Assembly (NCBI GenBank): GCA_026936335.1
Contig: JAPMXV010000059.1
Coordinates: forward strand, 124,001-188,000
Direction of reading: 5' to 3'
Source of the DNA: Mantamonas sphyraenae STR306
Lineage: Eukaryota > Protista > CRuMs
Length of the DNA stretch: 64,000 nucleotides
Every line of letters begins with the position of its first letter. Position 1 is the first letter of the stretch. The notes beneath the pieces were generated by a model. The model had not been told where the DNA came from. It made no database searches and saw only the letters and a list, made by a program, of their open reading frames with translations. Shown here piece by piece: positions 1-11,214 of the stretch. A program made the translations under genes and the position numbers.

Positions 1-98
1 TGTGTGCGTGTGCTGGGAGCCAGGGAGTCGCATGCGCGGATTTCTTTTCGAATCTCAACCCCACCCCCCACTCAACCCCCACTCAACCCCTGCCTTAC

Positions 99-355
99 CT
101 CCTCTTGTGCAGCTTGGTGGCCGTGTGTGCCTTGAGGGCGTCGCTGTCCATGAAAAAGCGAGAGCAGGACACGCAGTAGAACTTGCCTGCGCCCGGAAGG
201 TCCAGATCCACCTCCCTGGGTTTGCCGGTGTCGCCAAACTCGCTCAGTTCGGCGTGCACTTGGTCGTGGTCCAGCTTGCGGTTGCGAAGCCGTGTGCCCT
301 TTCGCGTCTGCTTCTTGTCCGCTTTGCTCTTCTTGCGTTTGTAGACGCCTCCCAT
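99..355 (-). CDS. BUD20: BUD20/ZNF593-like C2H2 zinc finger ribosome biogenesis factor; first exon, gene continues off the left edge
   Basis: MGGVYKRKK...DLDLPGAGKFYCVSCSRFFMDSDALKAHTATKLHKRR matches the family motif; GTAAG donor at 98. Confidence 0.85.
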
Positions 356-380
356 GTGTGTGTGTGTGTGTGTGTGTGTG
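355..380. repeat. (GT)n microsatellite in the 54-bp gap between divergent BUD20 and Tag genes
   Basis: Direct reading. Confidence 0.9.
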
Positions 381-409
381 CCTGCGGGTGCGCAGCCAGG
401 GCAAACAGC

Positions 410-1439
410 ATGACCACACGCAAGTTGGATGACCTGCAAGATTGGGGGGATTTGGATGGGTTTGAGGATGATCCGTCGCTCAGTGACATTGTCGTTGAAG
501 CTTCGTCGTCCGAGAGCAATGAGCCAGCAGCCGGCGGATGGCAACGCACCCTGGAGGAGGAGCAGGCATGGCAGGCCCGCAAGCGTCAGCGGCGCGAGCA
601 GCTCCAGACAAAAGTTGTTGTTGACGACTCCACATACACCGGCTACAACGTCGAAGAGCGTCGCAAGGCCAAGGCCGAAGCGATGATTTCGAGCTTCGTC
701 AACGTCGGCAGCGACGGAAAGGCCCGCTGCTGGGGCAGCATCTCGGAGGGGGAGCGTGATTTCCATGACAACGCGTGGGGCGTCCCTGTGCTCGACGACA
801 CAAAGCTGTTTGAGCTGCTCACGCTCAACGTGTTCCAGCCGGTACGTGGGGGTTCCCGAGAACCTTTTGTTCGAGACCATGGCACGCTGACACACACGCA
901 CACACCACAACACACAGGGACTCAACTGGCGCCAGATCATGAACAAGGCACCAAACATCAAAGCTGCGTTTCTGGACTACGACATCGTCAAGGTGGCTTC
1001 GTTCAGCGACGACGACATCAACCGGCTGCTCAAGCTTCCCGACGGCGAGTTTATACGCAACAAAGCAAAGATCCTGGCCACTGTGTCCAATGCACAGGCA
1101 GTGTGCATCCTCCGTGCTGAAAACAGGTGTTCTTGGGCAAAGTGGCTGTGGACAAATCCAGACATCTGGCCCGAACACGATTTTGACGCCTCGTCTCGCC
1201 TCCAGCCATTCATCAAACCCACCACATTCTACGAGAGCTTTTGTGAGACAAACACCGAGTTTTCACGGCGCCTTGCAAAGGTGCTCCTGGCCAATGGCTT
1301 TGCCTTTCTCGGTCCCATCAACACCTACACATTTGCCCAGAGCGCTGGGTTCTACAACATGCACCTGGATGGCTGTTGGCGCTCTCACAAGGAAAACATC
1401 AAGAACGAGCTTGTGCCGAAGTATGGCGAGCTGAAATGA
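410..1439 (+). CDS. DNA-3-methyladenine glycosylase I (Tag family) with acidic N-terminal extension; exons 410-841 and 918-1439
   Basis: RCWG..FHDNAWGVPVLDDTKLFELLTL..QP|GLNW..IRNKAKI..GFAFLGP..NMHLDGC; phase-0 GT-AG intron 842-917 joins the two ORFs in frame. Confidence 0.85.
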
Positions 1440-1448
1440 ATTCCGCCA

Positions 1449-4400
1449 TCAAACGCCCTCCAACACCTCCAGCAACGCATCCACCCACTGCACGAGCGCA
1501 TGCGCAGTCTTGAACACACAGCGGTACTCCTGGTTCATCCTTGCCTTTTCCAGCTTGGACGCCTCGATCTCCTGGCTCGTGAACTTGGAGATCTTAAACT
1601 CGGTTTCCCCTCCAAGCACGGCACGAACACGCTGCAGCACCTTTTTCGCCTCAGCCACACTTGCAGCTTTGTACCACATCATCGCCTCGGCGCCCACGTA
1701 CACCACCGTCGACATCATGGCCGTATACTTGTGGTACGCGGCAGAGAAGTGGCGCACGTCGCCGTCAAGTCGTGGCGACAGGGCCAGCACCTCCTTGCAC
1801 TCTCCAAGCTGCATGTCCTGTGCCATTTGTCGCTGGACCACACCCTGCAGCGCCACAAACCCGCCTTCGGTCAGCAGACCGCCCACAATACGCCTCTGCA
1901 GATCCCGCACCTGGTCCTCCACGTACAGCTGCTCCTGTGTGCCCAGACCACCCCAGGACTCCAGTGCAGCGCGCATTCCCTCGTCCTTTGTCAGTAGTGA
2001 CTTCATCAGCGGCTCTACCATCTGGCACAAGAACAGCATTCCGCGTGTCGCCGGCCGAGTGTCGATGCCGTTCACAATGTGCGCAATATCCTCCAGAAGC
2101 GTGGCGTTCGCCTTGTCCACCGCCTCCCGCACCTCCTTCAGCATCACTGGGCTTGCCATGCTCTCGGGCTTGCTCACATTGAACGCCTTTACAAACATCC
2201 CCTGTCCACGCACCCGTCCAAACGCTCCTCGGTACCGCAGCGGCGCATGCCCAAAGTTCATCTCCACCTTCCACTTGCCCTCCTGTGTGCCCATCACACA
2301 CGCATACACCGCCTTGTTCTCCTCCCCCATCCCTGCATACGCCACTCCCTGGTACACCCCGTCCACCGCATACGCCACACATCCCCGCTCATAGTCCACA
2401 AGCACGCTCACCACACGGCATCGCTTGCTCGCCACCATCGCTTCCAGCTTCCCTGGTTCATCATCCACCGCGTCTTTGCCCTTGCCCTTGCCCTTGCCCT
2501 TGTTTCCATACAGGCCTCCCATCCCCGCCGCAGCCTCCTCCTCCTCATCCGCCTCCCACACCTCCGCTCCACCCTCTCCCTTCCACGCCTCTGGTTCAAA
2601 CCCGCCGCAGAACGTCGCCTCTGCTCCTGCCTCCCTCAGATCCCCCGGTGTCTTGACCAGCCGTCCGTCCGATCGAAGCGCAAACACAGCGCCCGTTCGC
2701 CCGCCCTCCACACCACGCAGACTCATCTCTGTGCTCACTCCAATCGCCACTCCTCCACCCAGCTCGTCCTCGCACGTCACAACCGCTTCAAACACGCTCA
2801 CACCTCGCACAAACGGCAAGTCGCTGCACACGTACGCGCTGTGCTCTCGCGCCGCCTCTTCTGCATGCTCCACCGTCAGGCCATCTGCACTCACACGCAC
2901 GTTCTCTCCGTTCGACGCCTCCATACGCGATGGCCCCTGCATCGCCGCACTCTTCCTCTGCACCTGTTCCACACGCAACTGCAGCTTGCTCATGCCCTTG
3001 ACCCCTTCCATGCGCTGGCCACCCATGCGGTACGACGAGCGCATCGTTGCCCAGTACCGCTGCATGCGTGCAAGCTCCTTGGCCGCTTCGTCCTCGTCCA
3101 GTTCCACCTCTACCACAACTTCGCGATGAGTCCACGCCGACTCTCTCAAGAGGAGGTCCGGGTTTATCGCACCCGTTTGCTCGTGTCGTCGCATGCTGCG
3201 GTCCATCGTCTCCTTCTTCTTCTTCTTCTTTGACATTTTCGCCTCCTCCTTCGCAGGTTTTGCTTCCAAGGCATCCTCCTGCTTTGACTGCGGCTGAGCC
3301 TGTGCAGACTCGCGCGAGACGTCCCTTTTTCGCCTTCGCTTCCCGCCACGCCTCCTCTGAATGCTCTCCAGCTCGATCTCTGGCTCCGGTTGCATCGCAG
3401 ACGACGACTTGGCGGAGCCAAAGTTGATGCTCACACTCGGCATGCTCAGGCTATTGGACGACTTTGCGGAGTTGCTTTCGTACTTTTCGTCGTCGGCAAA
3501 CAACCCGGCTGCACTCAGGTAATTTCGCACGTTGTAGTGGCTCATGACACCGCTCATGGGGATCTCACGGTGAACCTTGTCGGATTCGCTCTCAAAGACG
3601 TCCTCGTACTCGACCCCAGCCATGGCAATCTGCTGGGTAAAGGCAAGGGCGACGCTTGTCTTGCCGACTTTAGTGCTGCCGTGCAGACACACCGTCGCGC
3701 GGTTTGTGGCTTGTGAGTCGGGCAGGTACGACGCCAGATGAATGATCGCCTGCTCCACAGACGTGATGTCTGCCGTTGTGCACTCTTTGTAGCTGCAGTT
3801 TCTGAAGAACGTCGCACCATCCACTCCCTCCGACGCCTCCACACGACGCTCCTCCGTCAGATCACACTTGTTGCCCAGAAGCATGAACGCCACACTTTCA
3901 CTGTGCCCGCCAGAGATCCCCTGCTGCAGTTCCGACATGATCTCCATCGCTTCGTCCAGCGATTGCGGACGCGTCACGTCAAACACAACCACATGGGCAT
4001 CGCTCTCGTCCAGGCGGCTCTTGCCACGTGCCACCTTGAACGTCAGCGACATGGTGTCGTTTCGCAAGCCTGTCGTCGGGTGCCCCTCCCCGTCGCCGTG
4101 GTGGTGTTTGAGCGAGCCCATCGCATTGGCACGCACCTGTCCGTTGCGCAGCCCCGTGTGCACCAGTTGATGCATCTCTGCAAACCGCATTCTGCGCTGC
4201 TCAACGTGATCCTTGGACAGGTGCTCCATCAGCAGGCCCTTGCGCCTGTTTGCAGCCTGGCCGAGTTTGACCATCACCTCCTTAAAGGCCACTGCCTCCT
4301 CGCCGAGTGCCTTGAGCTTCTTCTCCTCGCTGTACTCGTTCGCCAGTGCATCCACAAACCCGTAGCAGCCGCTCATCCACCCCAGCGGCGACACGCTGTC

Positions 4401-6193
4401 CAGCGCCTCCTCGCTCTCCACCTCTCCGTAGTACCGCCCCTGCACATACGTCTGCATCTTGAACAGAAAGTGCTCTGCCAGGTCGTTGTTGTACGACTCG
4501 CCCGTCAGCAGCACATACATGCATCGCCAGTCGTTGCTCTGGTGCAGCTTTCCATACGTGCCCAGCGACGAACTGCCCCTGTACCACGCACTGTTGTCGC
4601 ACGACTCCATGTGCTTCATCACCAGCCGCATGATCGACCCTTTCGCAGGGTCAAACGACTGTCCATACGCAAACAGCGGCACACGGTCGCTCTGCCTCGC
4701 CACCGCGCAGTAGCGAATCTGTCCCAACCCGCCGTCTCTCGTGTCAGTGTGTGTGCCCTCACCCACCCCCTTGTCGCATCATTCCACCCTCACCCCCTCA
4801 CCTTGTCAATCGACACCACCCGCCCGTCGTCCATCACCACCTCTGTGGCCATGTTCACAGGGTGGAACGCAATGTTCAGCACAAAGATCACAAGCACAAT
4901 CACAGTGAGCACATTCAGCACAAAGAAGCCCGTCACAATCGTCTGCCCAAGCACACTCATCGCATCCCATGCTGCACTCTGCTCCACAAACAGATAGATC
5001 ACCATCCCGGCGCAGCCCAACGTCACAACCACAAACGCAGCCAGGTACACCTTGACGTAATGCTTGTGGTTCAGCACGTTCACGTACGTGTACGGGTTGC
5101 CCTCTTCGTCGTACAGCTGCGGCGCAGACGCATCCTCGTTCTTCCCACCCTTCCGCACCTTGATGTTCTTGCGGATCTGGTCCATCAGGTTGATCCCGCC
5201 GATCACAACCTCCTTCTTCATCATCACCGAGTAGAAGATCACCAGGTAGAACACACACACGAGGGAGTAGCCCACCACAATGCCCAGGATCAGGCGCAGG
5301 TCGTTTGTGAGCGACTCCAGCACCACGTAGATCGAATACACCACAAACACCTGCATCGCCGTCAGCACACAGAACATGCTCAGCGCAAAGTACCGCGTCT
5401 CGTCCTTCTGTGCACCCATCACCAGCTTCTTGAAAAAGGTCTCCTTCTTCAGGGCGATTTGGCTGCGCTCCAGCCAGCCAGTGTCTGTGTCAGCGTTTCT
5501 CCTTCTCCCCACATCACCTGCCGCCTCCACTCATCCCACCACACAACGCACCGTGTCGGTGTCAACACCAGAAACGGCCCAAACGCCATTGTGATTGCCC
5601 CAAACCCAAACGACGACTTGTACAGCAGATCCAGCTCGCTCGTGGCTGGGCTGTTCAACACAAGCACCAGCATGTTGAAGGCAAAGTACCACGCGCCAGC
5701 AAAGAACCCCAGCGCCAGTGCTGTGTGCGGTTTGTGTCCGTGTGATCGTGTGCATGCCCAGGGCAATCGGGGTCGCTGTGTCAGTGCTCGCCGCGTTTCT
5801 GTGTGTGCGGGTTGTCCCGGAGAGCCCTCCCGAGGCAAAACACACCTTTCGGCCGGTGCTGGCTCATCTGAAACACCGTCGACACATATTTGTTGGCCGA
5901 CGACACCAGCGCAGACACAAACAGGCCCACAGTGATAAAGGCAAAGTTCTGTGGTGGGGATGGCGTATGTGCGACGACGGCAACGACGCACAAATGGACG
6001 AGGAAGGAATTCGAGCAAACACCGCACGCACACACACGCGCACACACGAGAGGCAACGAGGTCCAGACAAAGGCATGTGCAAGCAAAAGGGAGGAGTGTC
6101 AGCTACATGTGTACGTTTTGCAAACACGAGGGGCCAGTGACATACCGCTTGGAGCGAAGGGTCTGCTGGCTGGCTGCTCATTGTGTTGGACAT
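1449..6193 (-). CDS. Predicted ~1416-aa protein: 7 TM helices + longin-like + circularly permuted Ras-like GTPase + SPRY; exons 6193-6146, 5948-5846, 5720-5552, 5462-4802, 4718-1449
   Basis: Four GT-AG introns with matching phases (0,1,2,0); gccgccATG start; GNKCDL and ECTTA precede GSTKVGKT; SPRY-like VSADGLTV..GVSVFE..IGVS..VDGVYQGVAY..MNFGHAPLRY. Confidence 0.7.
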
Positions 6194-6493
6194 GGCGGCG
6201 CATGTGAGGATGCCAATTGTTCATTTTTTGTGCACTGCTTCCTCTGTTCCCCTTCCCTTCGCCCATCTCACACCTTCTTGTCCTCCAAGCTCTTCATCTC
6301 CACGTTTGCAGCTGCTTTGGTCTCGCTGACCGGCCTGTCAACAAGGCCCGTGATGGCCAGCCAGCTGTTGCCCATGCTAAACACCACCAGGATGATGTAA
6401 AGGGCACCTGTGTTTCGTGTGACGGATGCAACAGTCGAGTGTGCACTGCACGTGCCGCCCTTCCCACCCAACAAAACCACCCGCTTGCCCATC

Positions 6494-7961
6494 ATGGTTA
6501 GTGCCCCACACCCTCACCCACTCCCACACCCACTCCCGCCTCTGACCCAAAACACCCCCCCACCGGCGCGCACGACCCCTGCCTGTGCCCCACACACAGT
6601 CTGTCGCTAGTTTCGGCGGTGGCACGTTGAGCCAAAAGGAAGGCCATCTGTACAAGAAGAGCACGTTTGGCAAGAAGCAGTTCTGGTTTGAGCTGCGAAA
6701 CAACACCCTGAGCTGGTACAAGTCAGATACGGGCATTGGGGTAGGTTGTGTGTGACGTCCAGTGCCCAGAACAGCTGCCCGACGCCCGCGACGCTCCCGG
6801 ACAACGCGACTGACCCTCCGACCATGTCTCAGCTCGGCGACCCTGTAGATACGGCCTTTCTGCGCCACGCATCCGTGGAGGACACCGGAAATCTCACCAT
6901 GAAGCTGGAGACAAAGAGTGGCACCATGAACCTGACAGCAGGTGAGTCACCATGCGTGCGCACGGCCACCCGCGTCCGCCACGCTCGCAGAGCGTGTCCT
7001 TTTGCCTCCGGGAACCGCCTTTGCCTCGCCTCCCCACGCACTCACACGCCGCCCTTTCCCATCATCGCGCCCGCAGAGAGCTCGAGTGAATATCAGGAAT
7101 GGCTGGAAGAGCTGCAAAAAGCCATCCAGTCGGCCACGGAAGAGGTGAGTGGCCGCGCACGAAAAAAGGCGGGTGTCGAACGACCGTTTGCGGCGCAGGC
7201 ACGGCTGACACGCACGCACACCGGGGTTTCCTGCATGCGACACAACGCATGCACACACACATACACACACCCGTGGACACATTTTGCACGCACCTCCTGC
7301 ACAGCTGCCTCTGTGGCAATTGTCGCCAGACTACTCGGGGTGGCTGACGAAAAAGGGAGCCAACCGGAAGAACTGGAAACAGAGGTTCTTTGTGATGAAG
7401 GGCAATTCGATTTGGTACTTCAAGGAGGATGTGATCAACGTAAGCTCGGCGAGGGAGGAGGAGCCTCTGGGGGAGATGAACCTGTATGGGGCCACGCTGG
7501 AGGAGACGACGGAAAAGCCCAACGCCTGGATCGTGAGCACCATGCTGAGGGACTACCCGGTGTACGCAGAGAACGAACAGGAGAAGGAGGGCTGGATGAC
7601 AGCCATCACCAAACAGCTCAAGACTAATCTGGGCTCGGAGGAGGACTGGCTGGACAACCCGGAAAAGGAGGGCTACCTCACCAAGCAAGGCGAAAAGGTG
7701 AAGAACTGGAAGAAGCGCTGGTTCACCCTCAAAAAGAAGAACCTGTACTATTTCAAAACCAAGCCCGAGGGCTCCAACAACGTCATGCCCGTGGGGGTCA
7801 TCAAACTCAACGGGTGCTCCGTCGACGACGACAACAGCCAGGGCCAGGACTGGTGTTTCACCATCAAAACACCCGGTCGCGACTATTACGTCTGTGCAGA
7901 GGATGCCTCGGACATGAACAGCTGGATGTCGGCCATCCTGGAGGCGGTCCTGGCCGACTGA
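6494..7961 (+). CDS. Protein with three tandem PH domains (multi-exon; first exon appears to be the ATG alone)
   Basis: KEGHLYKK..KKQFWFEL..LSWYK; YSGWLTKKG..KNWKQRFF; KEGYLTKQGEKVKNWKKRWF; helical Trp motifs EYQEW, EKEGW, DMNSW. Confidence 0.85.
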
Positions 7962-8017
7962 TGGCTGGGATGGATGGATTTCTCATTGTGTGGCCTCGCA
8001 GTGGCAAGCACCTGCAA

Positions 8018-8018
<1 letters not shown>

Positions 8019-8051
<33 letters not shown>
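8019..8051. repeat. (CA)n microsatellite
   Basis: Direct reading; similar tracts near 15045, 40255, 51660 and 55015-55095. Confidence 0.9.
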
Positions 8052-8052
<1 letters not shown>

Positions 8053-8174
8053 AACTGTACCCCTGCACTTCCACCACGCCTCCTGCCTCCTTCTTCACTC
8101 TCATCACCGGAAATCACAATGAACGCGGCCGCGCAGGCACACCCAGCCTCAACACTCGCATTTCCACAGCCACC

Positions 8175-9324
8175 ATGAGCCAAAAGGAGCCGCTGATTGA
8201 GGTGGAGGGATACGAAAAGGGGGGGTTCAACTTTGACAACGTGAAGCGCAACGAGGTGCTGGAGGAGAGCGGCCTGAAGAAGCCGACGGCCCTCAAGACG
8301 GGAACAACCATTGTTGGCGTTGTGTACAAGGTAAGGCGTGCAAAACAGCATTGGGCAACGTGATGAGGGGCGGTTGCATGTGGGGAGGTGATGCGAATGA
8401 TGGGCACGGGGCCGCGTTGGTTGTGGCCGGAAATTCCGACGGGGTTGGAAGAGTTGGCTGACCCTCTTTGTGCACAGGACGGCGTGGTGCTGGGCGCAGA
8501 CACGCGCGCAACCGCAGAGACAACTGTGTTTGACAAGAACTGCGAAAAGATCCACTACATTGCCCCCAACATCTACTGCTGTGGTGCAGGCACCGCCGCA
8601 GACACCGAGCACACCACCGCGCTCATCTCCTCCAAGCTGCGTCTCCACCGCTACGAGACGGGCAAGGAGTCGCGTGTTCGCACCGCCATGACCATGTTCA
8701 AGCAGGAGCTCTTCAAGTAGGTTTCCCACACGCCCTGCTCACGCCCTCGTCTCGCCTGCACGGCCGCGCACGCCAAGAGGGAAAAACGCGGCGGTGGAAA
8801 TCCAGCGTTTTGGAAGCTGACGACGCACCCGTCCCCTTCCCCTTCCCCTTCCCCTCTCACACACACACAGGTACCAAGGACATGTAAGTGCCGCTCTGGT
8901 GCTGGGAGGTGTCGACTTTGACGGCCCGTCGCTGTACACGGTGTACCCGCACGGAAGTGTGGATCGCCTGCCGTACGTGACCATGGGTTCCGGCTCGCTG
9001 GCAGCCATGGCTGTGTTTGAGGCGGACTACAAGGAGGGTCTAGAGGAAGAGGAGGCCAAGTTGCTGGTGCGTGATGCCATTGCGTCGGGTGTGTTCAACG
9101 ACTTGGGCTCCGGTGGCAACATCGACTTGTGCGTGATCCGCAGCGGCTCCACCGAGTTTCTGCGCAACTACGAACGCCCCAACGAGCGCCAGTACAGGCG
9201 TGAACTGGCCTACCAGTACCCGCGTGGCACCACCACCGTCATTCCCAAGCAGATTGTCCCGCTGGACCAGCGCGTGGTGGTCGAGCGCGTGGAAGAGGGC
9301 GAGATGGAACTCGACGAGATTTGA
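8175..9324 (+). CDS. PSMB7: 20S proteasome subunit beta-2 (PSMB7/Pup1), three exons
   Basis: [12 protein letters not shown]|[59 protein letters not shown]. Confidence 0.95.
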
Positions 9325-9444
9325 TTTGAGCAATGTGGTCGACACACAACAGCACAGAACACAGACAAACACCATCACAATACATAAACGACGACACACA
9401 ACTTCCACACTGCAACGTCACCTCCATTCCATTCGGCCCCACTT

Positions 9445-11145
9445 TCACAGGAGGTCGTCGCGCCTGCGCAGGTACTCCTGCAGGCGCAGGGAGGCATATT
9501 CGACATAATCAAATTCGATTTCGCTAAACTTGGACTGGACGAGGGACCAGATGGCCCACCAGAGGTGGGAGACGAGTGCGTACTGGTTGACCAGCACGTA
9601 CCAGTCGTTCAGCTCCTCCTCGGAGGCTTCGTACTCTTCGTCGTCGTGGTAGCCACGCAGGTAGGTGCGAAGCCATGCCAGTTGCGTGTCTTTGTCCGGG
9701 TACAGCGAGTAGTCTGCCTCGAAGCCTGCATACTCGCTAAAGTGGTTGCCCACGTCAAACGCAGGATGGCCCCAGTTGCTGTACTCAAAGTCGATGAAGC
9801 GAACCGTGTCCTCCTCTGCGTTATAAATGATGTTGCCGTTAAGGAGATCGTTGTGACACAACGTCACCGGGTCGTCCTCCTTCACCAGTTTCTCCTGCAG
9901 CATTGCCAGCTGCTCCACAAGCCACTCCCGCGTACACTGCGACACCACTCCCTCTCTGCACTGCACCAGCTCTTCAAACGCCTCCTCCGGTGTGTTCTTG
10001 ATCCATTTCGCAAGCGTCTTCCACTGGGAGCTTGTTTTCGGCGCTGCACAGCACCAAAGCACCAAAGCACCAATGCGGAGGTCAGCCATTTTCCCCTTCC
10101 CTTCACCTCTGTGTGTGCACATGCAATTTCGCCCTCTTTCTCCCACCACACGCTCTCTTGCCATGTGTGCTCTGTGTCCACGTACCTTCGTCGCCGTGGT
10201 CCAGCGAGTGCCAGTGGCCCAGTTTCGCCGCCACCAGCTGTGCAATGTGCTCCGAAGCCATTTCTGCACCCACCCCCCCACCACGCACGTGTGTCAGTCC
10301 ACCCCCACCATCGCTTTATGCCTTGCCCCTTGCACATGTGTCCATCCTTACCCTGCGTTGTCGGCGTCTCGCCCACGAAATACTCCGTCAGGTAGCCCAA
10401 AGAGTACGTGCCGTAGATCTGAGGCGCCTCGCCAAACTTGGCCAGCAGCCGGATGTGCTACCCAGCGTCCATGCAGCGTGTGCAAACCCCACGTGTCAGT
10501 TTCACACGCATGTGTGTGTGCTTATGGACGACTGATTGACCACACAAGGCCCAGCAACCCTGTGATCAAGCTGTGTGGCATGTCTTGGCGCGGGAACTTT
10601 TCATCAACTTTCCCGTCGACCTCGAGTGCCTGCGTGTGTATGGCCTCCCTGCGTACGCCTACCTTTGCCTCCAGGTCCCGTTCGATCAGATTCTCAGTGC
10701 CAAACCCAAACACGCGCACCAGCGCATCTGTGGGGCTGATCCCCTCCTGCCGCACCGTCAACTGATACACTGTGTCGTGGGGAGGCGACGTGGTCAGCAT
10801 TTTCCTTCGGTGTTTTCCCTTCAAAGCGCCGCACATCTCCACGTACGCTGGTTTGTGATGCCTCCACGCAGCTGCACCACCTCAATGTCTGGTTTGCTCA
10901 GGTTCTTCCATCCAGGCACCTTGTCAATGCCCAATTCCCTGTGCGTTGCGGTTGCCCACGTGTCAGCGTTGCACCCAGTCCGCGCCACACACCACCGCCG
11001 CACACACAGACACACACACACACACACAAACCAACCGCAACATGGCCAGCCGCACACTGGGATCTTTGGGCAGAGGCGAGTTGACCGCTTCTCCGCTTTC
11101 CGAGACCTTCTCCGTGTCAATGGTGAGTTCCGGGTGGTTCGACAT
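9445..11145 (-). CDS. Ethanolamine/choline kinase, multi-exon
   Basis: LRGGITNQ, LVRVFGFGTENLIERD, Brenner motif CHNDLLNGNII, FIDFEYS..AFDVGNHFSEYAG. Confidence 0.9.
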
Positions 11146-11214
11146 GATGATTGTGCGATTTGGCTGGCCGAACAAGTGGATGTGCACTGCACTCCACACT
11201 CACCAATGCCTTTT

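Noticed and set aside
6268-6495. Minus-strand 75-aa ORF as first exon of the 7TM-cpRas gene
   Set aside because: No acceptor gives an open frame downstream, and it overlaps the PH gene start; ATG 6193 fits better
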